NCBI GenBank assembly: GCA_043228905.1
Contig: JBHGNT010000001.1
Coordinates: 26,722,001-26,786,000 of the forward strand
Source of the DNA: Azolla caroliniana
Taxonomy: Eukaryota; Plantae; Polypodiophyta
Length of the DNA: 64,000 nt
Reading direction: 5' to 3'
Below, one piece after another: positions 11,771-24,219 of the stretch (the first letter of the stretch is position 1; each line of letters begins with the position of its first letter). Position numbers and translations under genes: made by a program. Below the pieces are notes generated by a model that worked only from the letters and a program-made list of their open reading frames with translations, was not told the origin of the DNA and made no database searches.

Positions 11771-14700
11771 TGGCCGTCGTCGTGTTCACACTCGGGCGGA
11801 CAACACAATCCTCCCGTCTCTTGAAATCCTCCGGGTTGATCCACAAATTCTCATGAAACTTTCTACCACTTTAGATACATACATACATATATGCTTGAAA
11901 TCCTTCGGGTTGCTCGACAAATTCTCATGAGACTTTCTGGACAAGATGAACGACTTTAGATACATTATACATACATACATACATACATACACATATATGT
12001 ATATAATATATGTGTGTGTGTCTTCTTAATGTTCACATGAGACTAATTGTGGTCTATCAAAGAGTCACTAGCCCATGACAAGGATCAACGTTTGGTTCTC
12101 TCAAGTCTCAATTAATACAACTTTGATGCCATAGTGTAAACTAACAAGCCAACAACTGAAGAGATCGATAAACAAATATGATGGATAAATATATATATAT
12201 ATATATGTTGAGTATGCCCAATGGGATCAATGAAACTTTTTTATGTAGCGTTGTAACATGTAGGGGCTCTATGTTGCTAATGAACGTTGTGAGTATGGCA
12301 AAATATATTGTTGGGATTGAATGAGATTGTCCTTGAGTGGAAAGCAAAACTTGGATGTGATTGACGGCGAAGCATTATAACAACGTGTAATACCATCCCT
12401 AGTTCAAGTTCCCCCAAGTCTTACCAGAGGAGTATGTGCATGCATGTTTATGCAAACAAATGCTACATAAACAAAAAAGAAAGGCAACCCAAAGGTGGAT
12501 CGTCTAAAACTACATACGAGCTCTCCTCCAACAAGGTACCATCACATTGTATAACATTATTAGGTAGCGTTCAAAGTGAGAAATACATGAGCATGAAAAT
12601 GACATATTACATGCTTCATCATGTGGGGTTCCTCATCAACCTTGCGAGTTTGTTCTTTTTGAAAGGACACAACAACATAGGATTCTTTGAGAAATCAACA
12701 AGGGAATTTGGTTCGTTTGCGTTATTACCTTGTCCCATGGGAATGTCGTGTAGACAAGGGCATGCAAAGACAAGAATTGGAGGATATAAATGGAAGGTTG
12801 GTAAATGTAAATAATAAGAAGGGTAATTTGAGGAATTAGAACTTCTAACTAATATGCCAATTAGTATAAGGTGATTTATGGGCCTCGTTAAAGGAGTGTG
12901 CTTTATGAGGGTTTGTAGAATTTCCCTCCTTTTTTATATTAACTACAGGTCTTAAAAGTTGTTGTCAAATGTAGATAAACTTTTCATTTTAATTAACTTG
13001 GTAGTTAGTTCTTCAGATGTAGTAATTGAGATTCACTTTTTACTCTTGTTCATAGTAATAATTATCATTATCATTATAAATCAATCAAATACTAAATCTT
13101 CTCGTTATTTCCAATTACCTATTTAACATTAAAAATGAATGTTAAGTGAGGAAGCAATGCCATATGTTATTGTCTCCTTATCTCAGCCTCAAGAAAGTGT
13201 AGTCAATGATTGGTGAATCCTTAATTAATAGTAATTAGCATGTGTGCGAGTGATTGTTGGCAACATAACATGAAAGAAGGGCTAATTGGAAAGAAGCAAG
13301 CCCTATGACCCACGACACACTTCACAAGAAAGACATCCACTTGCATGTAAGAATCCATTAACTTTATGAAACCATGCCAAGTTGTATGTTTGAGGCCTTA
13401 TAGAGAAGGATGAAAGCAACAAACACAATGTTCGGGGCCATAAGGTTATACTCACGACAACTTTTTTGGAGAAGGAAGAGCCTATTTTTACTTCTTTTTT
13501 TGGGGCATGAGGAAACGTCATTCAAGAACTCGATGTGAATAATTGAAGCCAGTGAGAGATGACTTTTTGTTGTATCCTTCACAAGTATTTTCTAGCAAAA
13601 ACTCTAAATATGTTGTAAGTCTTGACATGCACCATTACAAAGCCTATACTTCTCTCTAAATAGAAATGGGGTTCTTTGTTGAAAGATGCCTTCGACACAA
13701 ATTGATCACTCTCACTTAATGGCCACATGATAGTCATTTTTTATACATAACATGTTCTACTATGCTTTAGGGTTACATTGAGTTACACACGGATCATACC
13801 CTCAAGCTCTCTTGCCTACACTTAACACAAGTCATACTACACCACATGATGCCTTTGATCCCCTTGGTAACTCATCCTGGTTTAGGATCCATTAAGTAGA
13901 AGATTGGATACGAGAATGTTGTTTTGGTTATTAAGTAAACTATGAAATAAAAGAAAACACTTCCAAAGTTAACAAACTTTGTGAAGGATCAACCTCTTCA
14001 AAAAATGGAATACAAAGCCTTTACATTGTAATACGAGATGTACATCATAAATTTACATATATGTACCTGCTTAGAAATTGCAGTCATAAATAATGCGTTT
14101 TCATTAAGGGCGGGAATTAAATATATATGTTAATTAATTTGAATATGATGAATTCCAAAACTTAAGTCCAAACCCATGGCTTGATTTCAAACCTACAAAG
14201 TAGTTGTCCAATTTTACCCTTTCCAAATAAAAATAATTTTACATTGTCCATAAAAAATTACAAATTAAGCTCTGAGAGTCTAAGGAGTGTATTCCTATAT
14301 AATCTTCTTTTTTTTGTTACACACAGGCTAGGTTATAACATGCAATAGCTCAAGATGCTCTTCATTATCTTCTTGCTGCGACTGATCCACTGCTAGGAAT
14401 AATATTGTATTCCAAGAGTGCTTGCGAGAAGTCACAAAACCACTTTGAGCTATAATAGTTTCACTCATGTATCCTGAACATTAACAATATAACGCCGTTC
14501 GACTTTATTGTTTGTAAATGTTCGTTGACTGACGATTTTGGAACCCAACAAAGTTATTTTGTTGATAACAATCTCATGAAATGCTTCTGAGTCCCAATGA
14601 GGTGGGACAAAAATAAAGTTGACAATATTGGATCCAATATATTATTGTCATGCCAGCAAACCACCATACACAGGGAGGGCTTGGATTGAAACCATCCCAT

Positions 14701-14850
14701 TCAAACATTGTACAATGGCAATAGGTGTACGCCCATATCATCACACATCCATATCTATGTAGTTTCTCTTTCACCACACGCTGTCAATAACATCAAACAC
14801 CACCCACATTCGATAATGCCTACATAGGTGCAAATGCATACATACGTGGA

Positions 14851-17800
14851 TTAGTTTGCAAAAGCTGGTGGGAGAGGTGGGCGCCCCCCTTTGAATGAAC
14901 CTGAAAATTCCGCAACTTCGAATTGTTCCAACCTTGGGTTATACTTCTTAGAACCATCTAATGAGTTATTATTATTATCCCTCTCTCGATGCCGATTCAA
15001 GACTCTAACTTCTTTGCGTGCATCCTTCTCCCTATTCATCACAACCTTGGGCGGCAGTTGTTGTGCCAAGTCAACAGATTGAGAAACTGTCATTGATTTT
15101 ACTCGATGGACAGGGCGGCCAGGAGCCATGCGAACATCTTCAATATTCATATTTGACTTTTTCATCCTCAATGCCCCTGATGTTGGAGGTCCCATAGGAC
15201 CGGATTTTGAGGACAGGGATGAGGATATTGTGACATCTGAAGGTAATTGTATATAGCTTGAATTATGATGATTTTCAGTAGGTCTCTGTGGGGGCTCCAT
15301 CAAGAAGCCCACTGCTCCCTCTTCGTGAGCTGGGCGGAACTTCTCGCTCTTGCTCTTGGCATTAAAATTCCGTTGGCCAGGATGAGCCACTGCTGCCGCA
15401 TGCCGCCTCTGCAAAATGCAACAGCCAAATTTTGGTCTCATTTCTCCTCTCCTTGCACATAACATTCTTTGCACAAAGATAATGTTGTGAAATCACAACC
15501 ATTATAAATGTGATCATATATACATAAATGATGCCACTTTTTGGTTAAAATTGGCCCTTGCTCTTACAGGTATACAATAGGTTAAAAGACCTATATATAC
15601 CAAAAATGCATCCCAACTTATGGATGACCAAATTGCTGTTCAATGAGATAACTGATTTACAAGCTTAAATCTGGCCTACTTGGCTCCATTAATGTATGAG
15701 TACATGTATATGCTCGTAATATTATTGTATGCAAACTCTCAGGCATTTCACATACCTGAATATATCAGGGAAAAACAACAAATTACCCCTAACTTGTTCA
15801 GTATTATGAGAACACCAACGAGTATCAAAATTTTAGACTACTCGTACTTATAATGCTCATACTCATTCTCATTCTTTTCACATACCTGGATGCTCAATTG
15901 CAGTTCCGCATTCGCATCTGGAGCAGGAACTGCTGCCCCTTGCTGATCCTTACTAGCTACTTTCTTTGATGGAGCATTCACACCGGCAGATTTTCCAGCG
16001 GCAGCAAGACTTCTTTGTCTACAATGTGGAAAGGAAAAGTCTTGATACAAAGGTTTGAGCCAACCACCTATCAATGAAAGATTAGGTTATTGTATCCTAG
16101 GATTTGATACCTCCGATTCTCTTCTTCACGTTGTTTTGCATCCATTTCCTTGCTTGGTGGATACTGAGGAAGACTGGAAGGCTCACACGCATAGGGTTTT
16201 GTGGTGAAAAACTGAAAAGAACGCATCAAATAGCATAGAAAGCAATAGTTATAATAACCTTTTCCCTGCAACAAAAAAAACAAAAATATGGTTTTTGAAA
16301 GAACAAGGAATTACTTCACTCTTCATTGCACTTGTGGCAGTTCCTCTCTCTTTGGGCTCGATAGCAAGTAGGGTACTGAGAAGAGATAATGCAGCCGGTG
16401 GAAAATCTTTGAATGTTTCAGAAATGCAACATTTGTACGGTTGTTGAGGCTTGAAAATCGTTGCATGTGGAAGCTTTGATTTCTTCCAGTAATCTTCTGA
16501 GGGTGACCCACACAGTTTAAATATCTTATGCAATTGTTCAACCTACACAAGAAACATGAAATTAATGCGGAACATACATATGCATAAAATATTTAGATTT
16601 CATCTCTCAAGGAATAAAAAGAATTATGCTCTTCTTTACCTAAGTTTTTTTTTTCTGTGCTCTCTCTCTCTCTCTCTTTCATTAGTTCCTAAAGGTCGAC
16701 GAGTCGTTACTATGATTGCATATAACAACAGTCAATGCATCAAATTGTGAAATCAATGTGTGTTACTCCCACATAATGAACAACTAAAATTTGAATGTTT
16801 CTTGCAAAGAGAGAACAACATTCTTCGTTCAAACTAGAGACAAAAAACTAACTTCTCTGATCCTCTAGACCCAACAACAGGTTACACTCAATAGGCATTG
16901 TTGTCTTGCATATGATATAAACCACAAAAGAGAATTAAAGCTGCGAGTATATCTCCCTGTACTAAACTTTTACTAAAAGTAAACAAGACTCTACTAGTAA
17001 CCATAGGGCCAATATGGGTATGAAATCCAAAGGGTCAGCATTTCCAGTAATCTCTCTCTCTCTATATATATATCAGGGCTATACCCTGGTGATAAGCCAA
17101 GTTTTAACTAACTAATGCCATTATATGCAGTATTTTACAAGAGGCCACCACGGGATGTCAGGGTTGAACGTGTAACTTTCTGGTCTGTGCTAGACAACCT
17201 TACAAAATTTAACTGCAATCATCTGGGCTATGCTCTCTCTGTGCCCTCTTTTTTTGTCTGAACTTGGATTGATATTAAAAGACTCTTATGTAAAGGCTTT
17301 CAGTACCTCTGTCCTTCCTGGCATAATTGGTTTGCGTGCTAGCAACTCTGCCAAAATGCACCCTGTGCTCCAAAGGTCGACTTCTATACCATATTCTGTA
17401 GTTCCAAGTAAAAGCTCAGGAGGCCGGTACCATAACGTTACAACTCTGCTCGTCAATGGATGCTTTTGCTCAGGGTTATAGAAAGTGGCAAGACCGAAAT
17501 CGGCGATTTTCAAAATCCCATTGTTGTCGAGAAGAAGATTTGATCCTTTGATGTCACGATGCAATACCCCTCTTGTATGACAATGCTCAAGGCCTGAGAG
17601 CAACTGATGCAAGTAGCATTTCACCTGTTTTAAAAGAAAAACAAACACAAACTTTGATATTCTAAAACTTGATTGCATTAAAAAATGTACAATGAGACAG
17701 GAATATTTTGTTATAGCAGTGAAATGAACCTGTGGTTCAGTGAACACAATTTCAGGGTGAGAGGAGAGGCCAGCAAGGTCATGCTCCATATACTCAAAGA

Positions 17801-18978
17801 CAAGGTAAAGGCTACATGACATTCTTGATGTTACAAGACCTTCCAATTTGATAACATTGGGATGATTGAGGCGTCGCAAAACTATGATCTCCCTTGCCAT
17901 AAAACGCACACTGTCTCGCTCCAGATTATCAAACCGGACCTTCTTGAGAGCGATGATCTTCCTTGTGTCCAGATCTCGAGCCTTGTATACATTGCTATAT
18001 GTCCCTTGCCCAATCTATTGGAACAACCAATAACTTTTAAGTACGTTTGAATTGTTAAAACCATAGTTAGTAATAAATTTGCATCGTTACACGCAGTTTT
18101 GTTAGTAAATTTGCATCATCTACGAATACCTGGGGATTATCGCTTCATCATTATGTATTTTGTATTGGTGTTTATATTACATGAATCAATCCAAGCAGTT
18201 CATGTCTCAGAGATGTCACAAAAACCCTTCAATGTTCCAAAGTTGAATTAAATCCAATCAATTCTAGTGTTCATGTTTTCTATGGATATCGACAAAGCCT
18301 TCAAATGTTGCAAAAATGATTTATCAGTCCAATTTATTGAGTAGAGTTTCATATTCAAAGAAAAATAAGGTCAAGAATCCGTGCATCTTAAGAACTAATT
18401 AATACAATGAAATTAAAAGTCATTTCAGTCCACAAAATTAAAACAAGTGGTCAGAGAAACACAAAAAATAGAAATAAGAATCTTGCCTTTTCTAACTTCT
18501 CAAATGAATCTGCCTTTCTTGGAACCCAACCACGCACCGCCTCCCCTGCTACACTGGTAAGCCATGCAGGCCATCCTGCTGCAACATGCGCTACTCGTTC
18601 AGAATCAAGCGGCCCTGACCTTGGATTAGGGTATAATATATCTTTTCTTCCATCCTTAGGATTAGGATAGCTTTCATTTCTTTCATTTCTAACACTCCTT
18701 TCATTCCTATCATCTCCATCTCTCCTTCTGAGAGACTCTGTTGGCACTTGTGGAAGAGGACCTGATAGTCCTTTCACTCTAAGGCTAGTCTGGTGAAGTT
18801 GTTTTGCTTGACCTTGTTCTGAGGTTAGCCCTAGCCTCGCATTTTGGTTCAAAGATTGAGATATTGAAAGCTTTTCAGGAAATCTTGCTGATAATTGAAG
18901 ATCAGATCTAGTGATTTTTTGGTTTGGTTGTGATGGAGGCTCCTTGATCACTTCCGGCTTTGTACAAATGCACCCCAT
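14851..18978 (-). CDS. Cyclin-dependent-kinase-like Ser/Thr kinase (At1g54610/IBS1/CKL group, CDKC-related), about 704 aa. Exons: 18978-18487, 18014-17730, 17624-17307, 16542-16315, 16211-16111, 16018-15886, 15408-14851
   Basis: MGC N-terminus (myristoylation/palmitoylation-type); VAAGWPAWL..AGEA..GW.PRKADSFEKLEK|IGQGTYS; SVRFMAREI; HRDIKGSN; DFG; LTSRVVTLWYRPPELLLG; CGSPSEDYW; LPQYPPSKEMDAK. Splice phases are consistent; the first intron is GC-AG. Confidence 0.93.
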
Positions 18979-19739
18979 CACATAGGTTTTTCTACATGGC
19001 AAAAGTGAGAAAACTCATTGTGGGGGATAAATTTTTTTCCACGTTCACATGAAACTCGATGACATGCAATCGCAATCTGTCCACATTCACATGAAATTTG
19101 ACTATGTTTGCTCACGAACATTCACTTGGGTTTCAATGAAGGGCTATAAAAAACGATCTAAATACCTCCCAATTCACATGAAACTTGAGGATGGCTAATT
19201 GAAATTCACATGAATTCGATAATGACAACTTTAAACTCCATAGCCCCACAAAACTGTTATATTTCCTCAGAAAGAGGGTTCTATGAGAAAACAAATGATC
19301 GTCAATCAATTACCATTCAGATTAACATGAAATCCAATGATGCGCGATCAAAAAGTTCAATACGATACCTTCAAATTCACATAGAAATTCGATGATGGGC
19401 CATTCCAGATAAGCTCCCAAAATGGGAGGAAAGAGCTGTAGGAAGTAAGGCCGCATCTGAGGTGGGTTTGTTTCACCAACCTAAACAAATCTGTGAGAAG
19501 AAGAAGAAGAAGAAGAAGAAGAAGAAGAGGAACAGGATGATGATGATGATGATAAAAAGGAAGAAACAAAGAATGGGATTTGAAAGAGAAACCCTAACTT
19601 AGAAAGCAGAGGAAAGATGGAACGAACTCTGCGTGATTTGCATAAAATTGTGTGTTTTTTTTCAACGCACACGCCCTTGGTACAGGCATGTCATGCGATT
19701 TTCCATAGGCCGAGTTCCATATCACATACATAATGTATG

Positions 19740-19886
19740 ATATCGATTACATGCATACCTACATACATGATACATACGGGATCCATGGAATCCCCATACA
19801 TATACATATACATAATATGTATGTACATATGTATGTGTGTATATGTATCATGCGTACATTCATTCATAACCACTACACATACACAC

Positions 19887-19917
<31 letters not shown>

Positions 19918-19930
19918 TGTGTGTATGTAT
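19740..19930. repeat. Low-complexity CATA/CATACA microsatellite tract upstream of the kinase gene
   Basis: Direct reading; an (AAG)n tract also lies at about 19497-19526. Confidence 0.75.
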
Positions 19931-21559
19931 CATTGATAACCATTACATACTACATACATGCATATCCTTCACGTACATCGTGCGGTATCCTCTATACATT
20001 TTTGACACTACATTCGGACTCTTCGAGTTACCTTTCACATTCGTTTTTGTTTCACCTGCCATGAAAACCCGACCGCCTATTTTATCCAAGCAATCTTTGT
20101 CCGTCGTCTAAACTAGTAAGGTATGTGCTTGCCGTGTGTGCAGGCTCGCACGCGTGTATGTCAGTGTCGAACTAGATACTTTGGGGACATTTTGCACATG
20201 ACACGATGGCTTCATAACGCCTTTGGACCAATAATCATTTCTCATTGCTTATGGAAAAAGTTAATCAATTAGCCCCTAATCTTCACTTGTCTCTCGTGTC
20301 AACCGTGGTCAATTGCACACCGCACTCATAGTTATGAGGACATATGAGATATTTCACTTGTTGAGCATTTTCGCACACTAACGTTACAAAGCATGAAACA
20401 AAGCTATATAGGAATTATGGGTCCCAAATATCTACTTAATAATTGAAGGTTCTTGCCCTTACCTCTTAGTGAGACGGTCTAAAAAGTGCTAAATAAGAAA
20501 TAGGTCTTATATAATGAATGTGATGAAGCAACTAGTGTATAAGATGTGGGTCATGGGCCATGTCATAGTCATTCCCTATGTTGAGATTGTTCGAAAACAG
20601 TAAGCACATGGGTTTTAGTGTTAATGTAAATAATATGTAGCACATTTATAGTCCATGGGTCCCTCCAAATCATTCCATTGCGCAATAGTCTTATTCTATC
20701 ATGTTTTAATGATGTTGTATGAAAATCACTACATGAGATATGGGCTTTGTAAGGTCATGTAATCATAACATCAAGAGTGTTGGCTTATAAGATAAATGTC
20801 ATCTAGACAAGTGACGTATAGTTTTACCTCACAATGTTTCATTGTGAAAATGTATCAAGCATGTAACCAACATATTTGTGAATGAACTTATCATACAATG
20901 TTATACTAAAAGTGTAAAAAGTTACTAGGTGTTTCTACAATGTTAAATGTGAAAAATAGATTGTTAGATGCAATATGCATTGGACTTGGGGGTGCTCAAC
21001 AAAGGTTCAGGACCAACTAATAAACCACCACACATAGTGTGGTAACAATGAGGCCATTGAGGGTTAACACGTAATTCTTGCTACAACAAAAACTTTGCAG
21101 CAATGATGCCACTAAGGATTAACAAGCAATTCTTGCTCAGAACAAAAACTCAAGCAAAAGAGCTACGAAGAGACTTGTGCCATGAAACTTCGACCCCAAT
21201 CACTGTAGACAAGAGTATTGTTTCGTCATTGTACACACAAGATATAATTGAGAGAGAACAACAAGAACAACATAATAAAGCCCAAGAGATAGATACAAAG
21301 CTCCTTCAACAAGGATGCTCACTCTTCTCACACATAATACCTAGTTTGTGTATGACCTTTAAGATTAACACTTTAGAGAGAGAGAGAGAACATTCCATAG
21401 TGGCATCTAGTGAATTAAGAGATATGAATGATGTATGTAATAGAGAGGTGAGAAAATTGGGTTTCAAACCCAAAATGTAATTTTTGGAGTGTAACAACTT
21501 ACCGCTAGGGTAACCTAATTACGATAAGAGAGAGAGAGAGAGATTGTATATCTAAAATT

Positions 21560-22200
21560 CCACGCTACCATTTTACATGTCGAGTAATGTACCATGTATC
21601 CAAAACCTTATTTGCTAACCAATCTATATCTTCAACCAACTTATGGTATAAACCATTAATGTTCACCACAAAAATCGACTTTCCAATGCCAAATGACCAA
21701 TCTTTCCATGGGTCCTCGACTACTAACTCTAGAAGTGGTAAAATTAATCTAGGCAATGGCAATATTGATTGCCAAGTATACCCATATCCACGTGGTATAT
21801 GAAACTTATTTTTGATTGTCCAAAATGCCATCATTTGCCTACGTGACTCTAAGATACCATCGGCCATAGTTACCAAGCCCAGCCTTGCCATTCAATTGAA
21901 CTGTGAATTTAGACTTTCTTTTCTATCCCAATGTAATATCCTTGAAGATGCTAACACCTCTGCTACCAAGGAATTAGTATCTTTTATGCACTCAAAGGGC
22001 CTCCAATTAAACAATATCATAACATCACTACCAAGAAAGCATTAATTGTTGTACCATAAATATTCTGAGCATTTAAATGCTTGGGCACTATTAACAACAT
22101 GCCACCACAAGGCTGTAATGTTGGTTTTGCCATGGTATATACGAACCTTTTCCACAAAATAACTAATTATTTATGCCCAAGGTTGGGTACCTATGCATAT
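21560..22200 (-). mobile_element. Degraded L1 ORF2 C-terminal fragment
   Basis: Trp-rich post-RT L1-like translation (...YTWQSILPLPRL...DPWKDWSFG...LYHKL), with stops and frameshifts. Confidence 0.5.
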
Positions 22201-23099
22201 ACCTTTCAACAGAATACGTAATATACTCATTTGTTTGCTCAAACATTCGTGTTCATACATTTGCAAATGACTGAGTATATTATCCAAACATTCTTTTGTT
22301 TTTTTTAGTTTTGCTCGTTCTACACAGTGCACTGCACACCTTCTCCCACCATTAGTTTCTACACATTAGCACGATGCCAAGCAGAAAGTATATCACTTCC
22401 TCTTGCATCCAACGTCGAACATTATACATAGTACCATGTGTGCTTCACATTGTGCTCAAACTGAGATGCGTGCCTTGTGAACAATAGGACTGTTATTACA
22501 GTTACCGTTATTACTACCGCCATTGTTATGGGTAGGGGAGCATCTAAGAAGGAGGAGCTCCTCTGGATCTAATAACCATGATTTATTCTCATGAATGGTA
22601 TTGTTGATTTCTAGCTCGCCTTCACCTTGATTTGGTTGTGATGAAACCCTTTGTTGATTTCTGCATCTAGCATTCTTTCCCTCTTCTTGGTGATGGTGTT
22701 GTTTTGAGAAATTCCATTAAATGTTTCCAGCCGATGTTTTGTGTGGGAGCAACTCGTTTCCATTGCCAGGGGTGCACCCCCGTGAGATCTCATCCGTTGA
22801 TGTCTAGTACTTTGATCCACACCCTTGCCCTACTCCATCCATCAGTTAATTAGCTATAAAAGTAACATATATATAACTAATCATGCGTATAATTTTAGTT
22901 AATGCCACCACAAAAATCTATTAATTTGGTTAAAACATAACATGTATGACTAATCATATAATAATTAAGCTTATATAAAAATTAGACTAGCATAGCTCCA
23001 TTCCTATTATTAATCCTTATTAGCCACTGATCTTGATTCAAAATCATCATCATCATGGAATGTTTGTTTTATTGTAACAACTCATTGAGAAATTTGCAA

Positions 23100-24216
23100 T
23101 GTTGTTTTCTTTCCCCCCCAAAAAACACTAGTTCGCATTAGTTAGCAAATAGAATACAACAAAGTTTACCCAAATCCAGAGTGGGATCAACATATACAAC
23201 TCAGAGGAACAACCCCAAAACTATCAAACAAAAACAACAAAAACTCACACGACCCTTAAACAAAACTGAAATAAACCCCATTTTACCCCGACTCTACACC
23301 TCCCAACTAACTCTTTTATAGCAAAGTTATCCGGGTAATATGACTATACTAACCCACTTATGCTTCAACTATACATACATAATTACAACCCATGTACAAT
23401 ATTGGGAGCCATCGGCGGAAACAACCACCTAGGTGCCTAATAATTCCACGTAGGCTTCGACGAAGATTTGACCCTCATGGAAGAACCACCCCATTTTAGG
23501 AAGAACTTTGACCTTGCCCTTTCTGCTTCATCCGATTCCCCCTGAATCGAGTCATACCGACCGTTGTCGTGAAGAAAACCGTCCCTTAGCGTAATCGGTG
23601 CATAGCGCACGTGAACCGGCTCTTCACGCGTGCGCGCCCTTTAATGTATATAATAGAGAATTAGGTACAAAGGAAGATCCTAGGTAGTTAGATTCGGTAG
23701 GTAGGAAGTTAATGAGGGAAACAACTCCCTTCTTGAAGCTATAAAAGAGAGGGAGACGCGGGGAGAGAGGGGGAATTTTATTGAGGAGGATGAAGTGCTG
23801 TCGGACGGAACCCGAATGCTTCTCCTCTGTTCGTTCTCCATCGCTCTTCTCTGCAGGTTTTCGGGAGGCTCGCGCTGCTTCGAGGAATGCCCGTGTGCTT
23901 CCGGCAACACCTCCATCCTATCCCCTTTCGTGCGCAGACGAGTAGGCATCGGCATCTGTTCGCCGGCCTGTTCGGTTGTAACCGCTCGCGTGCTCTATTG
24001 TTTATTTGTCATTCATTAATATACAAACATTCGTGTCTCTCTGTCTCTGTGTCCATTCATGTCTTTTGCGTTAAAAAGGCCGTGTCCCTGTGTTTCTTTG
24101 CTCATACGTAACCGAGCGTCTCTCTCTTTCTCTTTCCCCTTCTATCACCTGCTCTTTGGTTCAAGACCCCGGTGGTCCCGCCTCGTTTCTCCACGCACGC
24201 GCGTAGTAACGTGACA
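23100..24216 (-). mobile_element. LTR-like fragment (probably Ty3/gypsy) truncating the 3' end of the adjacent LINE
   Basis: Minus strand begins TGTCACG exactly where LINE coding similarity stops; CpG-rich with a TATA-like CTATAAAAG. The left boundary and TSD were not identified. Confidence 0.35.
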
Positions 24217-24219
24217 CCG

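Noticed and set aside
11592-11992. Several overlapping ORFs with RERERE/SLSLSL runs
   Set aside because: Translation artefacts of (CT)n and (CATA)n microsatellites.
19691-20111. His/Cys/Met-rich ORFs resembling metal-binding peptides
   Set aside because: They are produced by (CATACA)n low-complexity repeats.
22200-22500. Possible captured gene exon (VHCVERAKLKKTKECLDNILSHLQ)
   Set aside because: Interrupted by stops and not assignable without a database search.
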